A stretch of DNA of 49,320 nucleotides, filler included, from Sphacelaria rigidula (lineage: Eukaryota), in assembly GCA_964200075.2 (NCBI GenBank). It is 3 parts of 3 records of this genome, joined end to end, with 100 filler letters (N's around TTAATTAATTAA, not from the genome) between each part and the next. Parts side by side here need not be neighbours in the genome. Positions count along the whole stretch, not along the records: positions 1 to 16,377 come from CAXNAA020001381.1; positions 16,478 to 32,851 come from CAXNAA020001382.1; 1 more part is not named here. One strand, given 5' to 3'. A model generated the notes under the pieces. It saw only the letters and a program-made list of their open reading frames with translations, did no database searches and was not told where the DNA came from. Positions within the stretch are counted from its first letter, which is position 1, and each line of letters opens with the position of its first letter. Below are positions 10,960 to 22,700 of the stretch, piece by piece. Made by a program: the position numbers and the translations under genes.

Positions 10960-11949
10960 CAGATCATTTTCTCTCCCAATTTATATGGGCAAAAAAATAA
11001 TTATTCTCGAAGAGCAGAAGAACCCATTCAGAATAGATTCTTTTTTCGCCCATTTTTTGATGAGAAAAAGGATCTATTTCGAACAGCTTTTTCTGCTGTG
11101 CAAGTCCCATGCACACTGGTAGATTTGGAATTTGAACAGCAGAAGAAACTCGAAATAAATCTTCACTTTGCCCTCCGATTCATCCGGAAATTGAGGGAGA
11201 ATAGATCTATTGCGAACAGCGTCAGCTGGGCATATCCCGCATACTACACCGTTACCAGCGTATGGGATCCGACACGCAGAAACAATTGTTGAAAGTAATT
11301 CATACCTTTGCCCCCAAGTCCATGTATACATGGGCTGAAGGATGGATAACTCTCAACAGCTTTCGCTGAATAGAGATCCCACACATTGGTGACGTGTATA
11401 TGTCCACACACCTATGTTGTTCTTGTCTTCACATTAAAACCCGTTCCGATATCTGCGCGGTACATTCGTACTGGGTATCTGATGCGGACGCCTTCCGTGG
11501 TCACAGGCTAGCAGAAAAAACAAAACAAAAAACAAAATAGACCCAGACTCAAACTCACAAAAACGATATACACGCAAAACAGGAATAAATAGTAAAGAAG
11601 AAAGGGAGTACATATGGCTAACCTCAGAAGATCCGGTGCCGCAGGTGGCCATTCGGACTTCAGGGGGTGGCAATCGGTTTTCCAACTCGACGCGCGACAA
11701 GTATATTTGAATACAAGATCCGACTACGGGCGAGACTCAAGGCCCCAAATACCACCAACCAATGAACTAAAGAACTAAGAATCGCAACGTTCCATATTGC
11801 GGCCTCTCGAGCGACAGCCATACGTACAAGCATACCAGGTGTATCAAGACAAAAACTGCATGACATAACGGCATCCCTCATTGGAGGGGTTCACCCCCCA
11901 CCCCCCACTTCTCTGGACCGTCGTCATCGCCATGCTATTTGGGCTTCGT

Positions 11950-13820
11950 TGGTCTCCCGTCTAATCGCACGCTGTCGGCTGGCCTCCTCTTCATTCCTGT
12001 GCCATGAGGTCATGAACCTCTCCGCTCCCTGCAGCACTCCCGCGCCCCACGGTAACCTCCCCTCCTTGTTTGCTGAGGTCCATAGGGCGCGGTCAATTCC
12101 GAATGTCTGGCGGGTGTCGTCCGTAGAGCCGTCTATGGCTCCGAAAGCGTGGAGATCGTCTCTCAGGCACTTCAGCCAGTTTTGTTCCGGGCGCCCTGAT
12201 CCTGGATCTTCCCCCCCGACTAGTGTTCCGAATGCTATTCGCTTCGGTAATCGTCCGTCCGGTTGTCTAGCCCGGGCTCCCGCGAAGAGCAGTCGTCGTT
12301 GCCGGACGATGGCTTCGGCACTTTGGCATCCGGTCTTCTTTTAGGCCTGTGCATACGACAGCTGTCGGTATGTGCCGCGCACTCAGCGGTACCCGCTGAT
12401 TCGCAGGAGGAGCCGGTAGTGCACCTTTCGAAGAAAGTCATAGTGTTCGCGGCGTGGGGCCCACGTCATGCATCCGTATAGTAGGGCCTCCATCGCCTCC
12501 GCTTTCAGCAGTCGGACCTCGAGTCTCCATGGTGCTTTCGGTCGGTCAAGAGCTTCCGGGAGACCTTCCTGATGCACGCCCACGCTGCTCTGCTCCGATT
12601 GTTGGTTTCTTGCTTGAGTTCGCCCTCTTCGTTGGCGAGCCCGCCCAAGTATGGGAAACAACGCTTCTGGGCGTATTTCTGGCCCGATGCTTTGATGATC
12701 AGCGGTGGGGGAGATGGTGTTGGTGACTCCCCCTTCTTTGGTGCTTGCCTCGGCACTCGCATCAAGAGAGTCTCCGTCTTCTTCTCCGATACAGTCATTC
12801 CAAAGGCCCCAAACACGTCCACTATGATGGTCATCATCCCCGCCAGTCCGTCGGGGGATCTCGAGATGACGCCGGCATCGTCAGCATACAGCATTCCCCA
12901 CACCGCTCTGCGTACATCTTCCAGCGGTGTCTCCGCCCCCCTCCCCGTCTCCTCATCGAGAACACCATGTTCTTGATGATGATATCATCTTCGCTGAATC
13001 GCACCAGGACTATCTCGAGCACTGCCGCGAAGTATATATTGGACAGCAGGGGAGACAGTACACATCCTTGTCGCAGTCCCTGTGTGACGTCAAACCACTC
13101 CGAGAGCTCCCCGTCGTTCATGCGTACGCGAGTCTGCATGCCGTCGTGGAATTGGCGCATAACTGCTATAATGTCATCCGGAATACCAGCTCGGGCGAGT
13201 ACCAGAAGTGCTCGGTCGACCGAGTCATATGCCTTCTGGAGGTCGACGAAGCACATGGACAACGGTATTTTCCGCCGCCGTCTCAGCTCCTGGAGTCGGC
13301 GCACTACGAACAGGATGTCGACGGTGGATCGGTCAGGTCGGAAGCTGCATTTTTCCTCCGGTAATATCCCGTGCGTTTCGCAGTAGTCGCGGAGGCGGTT
13401 AGCCACTATCTTCAGGAACACTTTCCCTGGGTGCGATACCAGAGAGATCCCCCTGTAGTTATTGCAGTTGGACCGGTCCGATTTCTTGTACAGTACCTTG
13501 ATGGTTGCATTTTTCCACTCCTGCGGGACCTCCCCTCCGTCCCACACCTCAGCGAGAATGATATCGAAGCGTTCGAGGACGATAGGCTCGGGGCGGCCAT
13601 CGATCTTGAGTAGTTCCACAGGGAGGGAGTCGTGTCCTGGCACTTTCCAGTTGTGCATCTCCCGGACTGCTCGTCTGGTTTCCTCTAGTGTTGGTGCTAC
13701 CCCGAGCGGTACTGAATCCCCGGTGGTTGACGCTGCCGGTCGCTGCTTCACCTCCTCGATGATGGCTGGGTTCAGCGTGGGCGATTTGGCGTTGAGCACG
13801 ATGTGGAAAAATCTCGCCCA
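11950..13820 (-). pseudogene. LINE reverse transcriptase domain and C-terminus (frameshifted)
   Basis: ORFs 12834..13799, 12505..12903 and 12383..12661 carry successive RT motifs, including YADD near 12880. Confidence 0.9.
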
Positions 13821-15427
13821 TCATTTAAGGATGGCAATTTTGTTCCTCAGTAGGACGCCGTTCTCGTCCTTTATGAACTGCTGCCCCCCGGATTGCCTTC
13901 CACCAAGACCCACCGATCTCTTGAGGTGTTTGTACAGGCCTCTCATGTCGCGATCCTTGTAAATAACTTCTAGCCTTGCCACATACCTCTCCAGATGTGC
14001 ATAGATGCCGTCATCGATTGCTGTACGCACGTTCTCATACGCAGCTCTGAGTGCTTTCAACGATGCTGGGGTCCGTTGATGCTTGATCAGTTGGCGTGCC
14101 TCCCGTCGTTTGGCGAGCTCTGCTTCCACCGTTGCTCTCGTGACGGAGTTTTCACACCAGTCCGGCATACGTGGTATCCGTGCCTCTTCCGGGAGAACTG
14201 TCTGCGCTGCTTCGAGGATAGCTAAGGTAAACACCTTCGCGGCCACCGGTGCGGTGGTGATTGGTTGGTATTTTTGCTCGGCGAGGTTATGTAGGAACCT
14301 CTCGGTCACGTGCCACCTTGCCATTTCGGTCCGCAGCTGCTGTCGACTGAATTGTCGCTGCTTCGACTTGGTGCGTACTTGGCGGTTGTGGGCAATGCGG
14401 CCGCCGAGGTCGGCAGTGGCCACCATGTTGTGGTCCGAGTCCGCTTCAGTCGGGGGTGCGGATTGGGGGTATACGACTACGTTGCGCACTCTACCTCGGT
14501 GTGCCTGCCGGGTAAGAATGTAGTCTATGCGCTTGAAGTCGCTCGTGTGATTCCCCACAACACCGTTGTATGTGTGCGGGATTTCGCCTTTGCGCGTGCT
14601 AAAGAAGGTGTTCGTGATGGCTAGTTTGTTCTCGGTTGCGAACGTTTGCAGAAGGTTACCGTTTTCGTTCACCTCATCACGTCCATAGGCGCCTAGGATC
14701 CCTTCGTCCTCTAAGCCCTCTCCTGCTTTGTCCCCCGTCCGCGCGTTGGCATCCATCAAAACATACACACATTCCTTCGACGAGATTTGCTGTACCAGAT
14801 CGTCAAGCCCATCCCAGAACGCCTGTTTTGTTCCTTCTTGCCAACTTCAGTTGGTGCACACGCAGCTACGAAATTGATCGCTCCGCTTTGTCCCGGTATT
14901 TCAAACCGCATTGCCATGAGGCGCTCGCCAACGTACTCAGTGGTGTAGGTGGCGTTATTGCAAATCGACGTTTTCACGGCTATACCCACACCGCGTTGCC
15001 CACCTGTGTCGCTCCCACAGCAGAAGACTCTGAACCCTGCTGCTGTACAGTCTGTTCGTCCCGCCCTTCGTGTCTCCTGCAGTCCTATCACCGAGATGTT
15101 AAGTCTCGCGACCTCGTAGAAGACGCTGTAGTCTCGCCCCCATCCGTTGGCCCCTTTCACAGCTAGAGTTCTGGTATTGTAAGTGGCTACCTTAACAAGT
15201 TGACTCCGCTGTCTCGCCCGGGCTACTCGTGCTGCTTTCCTAGCACGCCTCCGCCTCGCCCGGTCCCTCCTCCTCTGTTTCCTGCCCTTTTTTATTTGGT
15301 TTATTTTCATCGCGTTTTGGACTCTCTGGCTATTGCTAGCCCGGTGCTCGTCTTTTTTCACAGGCAGGTGCAACTCTCCTGCTCTGTCCGACTCTACTCC
15401 GTCCTCGCTCCTGATGTGCGTATCCAC
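13821..15427 (-). pseudogene. LINE AP-endonuclease domain and linker (frameshifted)
   Basis: ORFs 14756..15427 and 13821..14768; Arg-rich N-terminus followed by EEP-family motifs. Confidence 0.9.
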
Positions 15428-15989
15428 GCCATGTGCAGCCCCTCCATTCCTGTCTAGGCCGTCCCCACTGCGCTTCCCGCTGCTGCATAGCCCTGGTGTC
15501 TAGACCAGTGCTTGGGCGTGTAGCCGCATGCCGCCGCCGAGTTATTCCGAAACGAAGCACACGCCACTCTCGTGATCGTGGTGCCTCTTATCTCCCTAAC
15601 TTAGTCTCCCGGTCGATACGAGGCTCGGGCTCGTGTCTCCGTCGTTGTTGAATAATCTTTGGATGATGGTCTAAGATCACAGGCGGACTTCTGCCCACCC
15701 GAGTATGGGCAGTTGGGGGAAGGGGGTGGTATCTGAAAGTTTTAGTGCGACATGAGTTACACTGTGTCTCACGACCCCTGTATCTCCTATCGCCCCAACC
15801 TCAGAGTCCACGTCGACACGATGCTCGGCCTCGTGTCCCTTACCTTTCCCTGCTCCGCCTTCGTCGGTTTGGTGGTCTTTGTGTGTGGTTTAAGATCACT
15901 AGCGGTCCTTGGCCTACCCCCGCAGGGAGCAGGCCAGGAGGAAGGGAAGACGTTTGATCGAGGGTGGGATCGCCGGAGGCGATGGTCCT

Positions 15990-16200
15990 CGTGCTCTTGA
16001 CGCAGAACTTGCTAGGGGTCGAGAAATTGGTGTTAGGATGATTACCAAAAACTTGTTTGATTTTGATACGGCGAATGTATTCTGCGGTCGCGGAGTCCAG
16101 CTGTCTGGCCGCGTGATCCGAAGGGATCGCGCAGGCTAGTCCTTTTTTCAGGAGGGTAACTACTGCTTCCGGCATTTTGGGTATATTGCCTATGACATGC
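15990..16200 (-). mobile_element. Penelope-like element N-terminal ORF fragment
   Basis: VVTLLKKGLACAIP...EYIRRIKIKQVF...FSTPSKF resembles the pre-RT region of Penelope-like ORFs (L.KGL.F.P ... RRLRLK..F ... F..KS). No RT follows. Confidence 0.45.
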
Positions 16201-16340
16201 GTATTAGTTGTGTGGGCACGTCAGGGCACTAGGGTCGAATGTTAACCTCAGGCAAGTATTTCTGCTCTCTATCCATAATACATCCAGTAGGAGTTACTTG
16301 CTACAGGTGAAGATCCGGCTGTATGTCCCCGCCGGAGGGA

Positions 16341-16377
16341 GGGGGTGTACTCATGATCATGCGTGCCGTAGTCATCA
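16341..16377 (-). repeat. Copy of poly-C-flanked short repeat, truncated by contig end
   Basis: Reverse complement tgatgactacggcacgcatgatcatgagtacaccccc matches 17-53. Confidence 0.85.
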
Positions 16378-16477
16378 NNNNNNNNNNNNNNNNNNNNNNN
16401 NNNNNNNNNNNNNNNNNNNNNTTAATTAATTAANNNNNNNNNNNNNNNNNNNNNNNNNNNNNNNNNNNNNNNNNNNN
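16378..16477. other. Artificial contig spacer N44-TTAATTAATTAA-N44
   Basis: Exactly 100 nt with a six-frame stop linker; identical to 32852-32951. Confidence 0.97.
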
Positions 16478-17408
16478 AAAAAGTAGGTCGGTCGAAATAT
16501 GACAATTTTTTTTTTTTTTTCCCTGTCAAGCATAGGAAATCTGGGAATCGCGGAAAATTATGAAAAAAAATGTGAAAACCGCAGAACCACCACTGATTCG
16601 GATATATCCGTGACGTTAATTTACACACCCCCATCTGACAACTTTTCAGCATGTAACCGCGAGTGCTCGACGTCGAAACGTCCAAAATCGGTCAACATCG
16701 GGGTATAAGTGGACCCTAAAGGACCAAAATGGGGTATATTTTGATATGATTTTTAGTTTTGAAAACGTTTTTTTTTTTTTTTGTCAGCTTCGTCTGCACG
16801 TTATCTCTCTAACGAGCCCAACTGTAGCATGATCGTGAGCATTGGAATACCCACAATTAAACGTCCATAACGATACAGACTTAGAGGACAGAGGAAGTAT
16901 ATGGTGAATAGTTGCAATAGACAAGGAACGTACCGCATGAAGTATGGGCCTATTGCGACTATTGTCGGCCGGCCATCTGTACAAAATGCCTGTACTTCAT
17001 GCAGTACACTTCTCGTCTATTTCATATTTTGACCATATATATATATTGAGCAGGGGGTGAAGATATTTCCACGTCGTCGTATACAACCACGAGAGAACCC
17101 AAACAGGTTACCGCGAAAAAGCGAGTGCAGTGAGGAGATGGGACGGACCGCTGTATCGCTGGAGGAGATAGAACGGACCGACCCCCCAGTAACACAATGT
17201 TGACCCTGCGTTGATGAATAGTAAAAAATGAGTCTTCGAGCGACCTGCCCAATCATGGCAAGGCGAAATTTATCGACCAGCAGCGCGGAGATTGCTGGCA
17301 AGTGTGATACCACAGCAAAGATAGTGTGGGGGACCTATCCCTGGCCCGGATAAGCCTTCCCAGGTTTCCCAAGTGCAGGGCGGTCGGAACTTGGTTGTAT
17401 GATATTAC

Positions 17409-17879
17409 ATGTCATGTCAGACAGATTTTTGGCCCACGGATCGTCCACTTTTGTGACGTTTGATCCAGCTTTCGACCCCCAAACGAAGAAAACCGCCAAC
17501 ACACGTCTGGGACACTTTGCATCACTCCACAGAGAGGAGACTAGTCTGCTTTTCAGATTCCCTTCGCTCCGAGGTTTTGAGAGATTGGCCGCTGAACAAA
17601 ACTTCGTGCGCACAAATCTGTGCTTGCCGATCCACAGATTATTGGGCAAACTGGCGGGGGTTGGCAAGCACAGTTCTTTTCGCACGAATTTTTGTTCAGC
17701 GGCCAATCTCAAAACCTCGGAGCCAAGGGAATCTGAAAAACAGACTAGGCTCCTCTCTGTGGGGAGATGCAAAGTGTCCCAGACGTCTTGGCGATTTTCT
17801 TGGTTTGGGGGGTCGAAAGCTGGGTCAAACGTCACAAAAGTGGACGATCCGTGGGCCAAAAATCTGTTTGCCATAACAT
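17409..17879. mobile_element. Foldback MITE with ~220-bp imperfect inverted arms
   Basis: acagatttttggcccacggatcgtccacttttgtgacgtttga at left, reverse complement at right; ~25-nt spacer near 17633-17658. Another copy begins at 32833-32851 (agatttttggctcacggat). Confidence 0.8.
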
Positions 17880-19779
17880 CTGGCCTCAGTACAGTTATGG
17901 GCGTGAATGAAGGTCTTACCGACCGAAAATTCGTTGTCACCGAGAAGAAAGATGAACGCGGAGGGATATGGAACACGTACTGAAGACGTAATTGACTGGT
18001 CGGACATGTGCCGAACCTGTACCGAACGGAACACCAGACGCCAGACACGTCATTCCTGACCAGCCTCATTGGTCGTTCTGGAGGCCCAGTCCCAGAAGAA
18101 AGGGTGAATAGTTTACGCCATTTTGAAATTTTAACCCGAAGCTGCAGCGAGCAAGAACTTTCCCGCCGACCTTAAGTCGCCCTAATATTTTGATTATTTA
18201 TTTGTCGCACTCTGAACCTTTCCCCTTCCTCGGAACAACTCCGTGGTCTCAAGGGATCAACTACTCATCTCTGCCCCGTATACATTGCCTCGGATATTTC
18301 TCCACCTGGGCGTTCACCAACTCCGAACGCGTACTGCACTCCGTGAACCGAAGTGACCCCCGCTGCAAAATTCATCGCCCCAAATTTCAGTCAGTGCGAT
18401 GTGTCGTTACCTCGGCCTTATAAACGTACACGAAACACCACTAAACGCACTGGTTGGACTAGCCACGCGCACGTCCTCGTAACCCTCTGACCGCGAGCTT
18501 ATTGCATTCTCAGCACACCATCGCTCGTTAACCGTCCCGACCTTGGAAGGGAAGACGATGTGTTTTTGATGGTGTACACACCAAAAACCTGCGCGCCTGA
18601 GAGACTTGACCTCAGGCCCTCGTCATATCAAGTATTCCGAGAAAACGACGGTGTAAGAACACATGGTGGGCGGGGCTACCGGACCCACCTTGCTCGTCAG
18701 GAATCAAGTTGACAAGAAATGCAACAGACCAAACAGCACCACAACACAAGACAAAACAAAAACACTCACGTATAAAAATGCTCGTTGTGGCAGAAGGCCA
18801 GCAGCAGCAGCAACATCAACGCTGGCAACACAGCTTCATGCACTTCAACCGACGAGGAACAACAAAACTGAACCCGTCCTGACTATGAGGCATCGTAAGA
18901 CACTACTGTGTCGATGGACACCACTCGTATACAAGATGGCGTCGCTACTCCTTCCGTACGCACACCTGCCACCTCTGCTTGGTCACTTCGCACCGAGAAA
19001 CACCAAAATGAACGAAACATTGAGTCACGTTCCAACATAATAATGACGAACATAATAATCACGTCATTTCGAAACCAACACTGCATACACACGCAGGGCC
19101 AGAAAGAGCCCGCTCTCCTGCCTGAGTAGAACCCCGCAAGGCAGTTCGGTTCAGTCCAGTTAACAAACTGCTGTTTGTTTGTACGTACACTAGTTCCAGC
19201 ATAACATTGACTCAACATGTAACACTTGACATCGAGAGATGGATGGGGAGAGAGTACACGGTACAGTAAGTTAACAGCAAAGGCATGCTCCCCCCCCCTC
19301 CACCCGTCCATCAGACACGCCCCATGTCTCATCTTATCTCCGGACGATCAGTCACTCAAGATGTCCTCTGCCCCTGCCCGCACGGCCTCCCACCACACGC
19401 TCGACAGCACAATTGGATCGATCATCTTCCCTCGCCCGTATATTCCAACTCTTGAGTCTATTCCGTCCGAGGGGATATAACTCTTGCATTAGCGTGGCGC
19501 ATCCTTACGAGACACAAGGCGCACCCTTGAACCTGGGAATTCCCATCATCTCGACAGACATACAAGTTGAATACGGCGTATCCATGATGTGTGGGAAACA
19601 GCTAACGGTTCACTCAGTCCGATTTCATCCCCTCAACCTGATCTTCATCAAGTCGTAAGATCTAATTCGGACACGGCGAGATTACGACGAACCGAAATAT
19701 TTGCTCCGTCGAGCATACACTACAGTGCTTCAGTGTGATGGGAAGACAGCAAACAAAATCCACCCAAACGCGATGGAAA

Positions 19780-22700
19780 TTAGAAAACAATCATAGCGGT
19801 GCGGTTGTTGAGTGGCTGGTTGGGGCGGTTGGTGTTCCCGTGCTCGTCCACCTGAACGACAGTCAAATATATATACGCAGGGACAGGTGTAGCGGCGCCG
19901 TGGGGAGAAGGCGGAGACCGACTAAACATCAAGATGAAGAGGGCGTTATAGCATCGACTCCAACGAATAATATCGAGGAGCGTCGTACCCATGTGTTGCA
20001 TGCCTTGGCAGTCGGGAGTATCATCTGGGCATGACGAAATCATCCTATTACTGTATACTCCGATGAAAGCGCGACCGCCAATGGCCAATCTTCGCTATCC
20101 CCCACATGTACTTGCTAAAAAAACGTGACTGCATGGGCGGTTTCTGTCTTCCCCATCTGCAGCGATCATTTCTTTTATTTACATATATGTTTCTCATGTC
20201 CATCATCACAACCTCCTCTGCCGTGCCTCGGTCGTCTCACTGACATGCAACCGAATTCAGTAACTTCTCAGGAAATGCCGGTTCAAATCTCGCCAGACAC
20301 ATCCGTCTAATTTCAATGATTCTGAACGTGAGTTGGATGTGAGGATAGGTGAGAGGTTTTGGCCCGAGGCAGGCGGCGCTTCTCGTCGCGGTAGTGCTGG
20401 CTTCATATTCGTTTCCCCCAACATATATTGTGCTCACACTCTGAAACGTTGGACAGTACAACAGCCCATCATACCTTGGAATCGAGGACGATAGCGGAGT
20501 GGTGGCGGTACTCCTGCAGCTGCAGATCGCTCATCAAGATAGGGTTGGTCATGACTATCCACTTCACACCCTGGGAGAGAAATTAAACACACGTGCGCGC
20601 GCGCGCACACACACACACGCACACAAACACAAGCGTGAGCGTCCATGGTGAGTGGAACACGTGAGCATATCGCAGCGCAAAGCACATGCGTCGAAAACTT
20701 TCATTTCAGTCGCAAAGACGTGTGTCTCTGCCAGTAAAGAAAACACATGTACGTCTACATCTTACCGTGGTGTACATTTTGTAACGTTTAACTAACGTCT
20801 GACTAACCTCTGTGCACGGCGGGGTGGTGAGGGAGCCCATGTAGTGCACGTAGGACGGGGTAGCCGGCAGCATGGCGTACACATCAGACGGGAACGCCTT
20901 CTCCGTGGTATTACGCTCACCGACGTTCAGGACCGACCACAGCTTATCGATCTGCTCCAAGCGGGTAGTTTTTCGTTTCGTGTGCGCGATGGGCGGGAGA
21001 CGGGGCACGGGGCACGGGGGGTCGGGGGGTCGGGACGGGGGGGCAGAGGCAGGAGGTGAAGGGGGGGGATAAGCACACATTTTTTACCCAGGTGCCTTTG
21101 ATGGAAATTCTCGTGTCGCTCCGTCGCACGGGGGTCGACAGTTCGACATATCCAGGAAAGGCCGGTCTCTCGGAATAGAACACAATGTTTATGATGATTG
21201 TTACCTTCATGCGGCGAAATCTCCTGGTGACGTGGTCCAAGTCAACTCTAGAAGTCTTCAGTTGGTACGATTACTTCACGTCAAACCACCTAAATCAACC
21301 TCTTGGGGGGTGTGATTTGGCTCGATCGTTACAGGATCCTTCATGTGGATTAATGTGCGTGTTGCCACCCCATCTTTCTGAACGCCGATTCACACTCTTT
21401 GATATATATGAATGCATCACCCGGGGACACACTGGAGTGAGGTCCACAGAGGATTTTCTTTTCTAGTACTCCAGCTTCCTTCGGCGGTGCTTGCCTCTTT
21501 TTATATGGCGAGAACACTTCAGCGTTCTCCTTCCCTCGTCGACCAATGAGTTGAATTTTGTGTACTCAAGGCATAGCCGTTTTCCACTGTTGGGCGTGAC
21601 GTGAGACATAACCCCAGATCGTGTGACTGCACCGGGATTCGGACCCACGTTCCAACCATCAGAGGAGTTCGAGGTCACAACTGAGCCACCGGAGCGACCG
21701 GGTTCGAATGCACTGAAGTTTGAGGGTCATGTAGTTGTCGTGACAATCGAATTGCACTGTTGTCACCATCATACGGGACCGTCACAGGAGGTTGTTTTGC
21801 TCGAATCCAGCCGCAGAACTGCGCGAAACGCCCCAGGTAATGGTCCCAGGTAATCAACACTCCGCGACAAATCACCATCCTACCGTGTTCCCGACAGCCG
21901 GCGCCGAAAAACACTTCACCTACTCCGTACATCTCGAGGCGCTGAGAATCTTGGTTGATCCAAACCTAAATCTGGTTTGGGAGATCATCAGCTGACGAAA
22001 AACCGAAAATACTTTAGCATACTCATCTGCGTATCCCACGATAAAAAATATACCCCCCTCTTTCATCACAGATTCGTAACTTCGCATTCGGGTATTGGGG
22101 TGTGATAGCTCCAAGTTCTCGGCGGCGTGCACGTTACGCGTTTCCACGTTATCAGCACTGCAATGGCGTCAATTCGACCTCTGTCGATGCACAGCAAGCA
22201 TGAATATCCCCTCCCTTCTCAGACTCTCTGGCCCGCTTAGTTTGGTTCCATGACTGGCGGGCTGCGCTAGCTTGGGGGTGCGACAAAAATGGGTCAGTGT
22301 CAACCACGGATTTTGGCGCCGCATTGAGGGGTCAATATCACCTCCTTTATGGGACACATAATGCATGGCAAGTTGCGGAAGAGCCACCAATCTGACAATG
22401 CACGCTTTTCATCTCACCTCCCCGTTGTCCCCGTACAGGGACGAGTCGATGAGGATGCCCACCACCAACAGCGAGCTGTCTGTTCCATCTTGCAGGTGCA
22501 CAAGGTGAACTTCCGCATCATGGTGGGTGGAACCGATCTGTTTCATTTTTTTTCATTGGAAAAAATTGGGCAGTAAGAAACACTTCCAACATATGGTATG
22601 TACGCGAACACGAATAACATTTTTTTTTCTTGCCATCACCCTTATCCATGTTTTCCCTTGACGAAAGACCGCGTTCTGGGGTTACTATTTCGCAAAAAAA

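Larger units (their letters stand above)
11415..15650 (-). mobile_element. Non-LTR retrotransposon (LINE), RTE clade, near full length, inactivated
   Basis: APE endonuclease (KVATYNTRTL, IGLQETRR, GVGIAV, MDANARTG, RIDYIL, SDHNMV) followed by RT ([43 protein letters not shown]) and an RTE-type C-terminus (RLPKRIAFG..GRP...W). In-frame TGA at 13821-13823; frameshifts near 14800, 12960 and 12540. 3' end reads tgtgaccacgg...taatgtgaagacaagaacaaca. 5' boundary approximate. Confidence 0.95.

Noticed and set aside
11949-15176. Several long + strand ORFs over the LINE
   Set aside because: Antisense shadows of GC-rich LINE coding sequence.
15590-15650. HDV-like ribozyme at the RTE 5' end (cga-gcctcgta-tcg resembles P3/L3 on the - strand)
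   Set aside because: I could not build P1 and P2 pairings by eye; a descriptor-based search would be needed.
1-16377. Contig 1 as one giant element bounded by terminal inverted repeats
   Set aside because: The inverted end motif also occurs singly in introns on the other contigs, so it is more simply a high-copy repeat that breaks contigs; no transposase, integrase or polymerase was seen.
17335-18069. 244-aa and 194-aa ORFs
   Set aside because: Products of the foldback repeat; no protein motifs.
16478-18185. Large TIR element (aggtcggtcg at contig start versus ccgccgacct near 18170)
   Set aside because: Match is short and imperfect and the left end is cut by the spacer.
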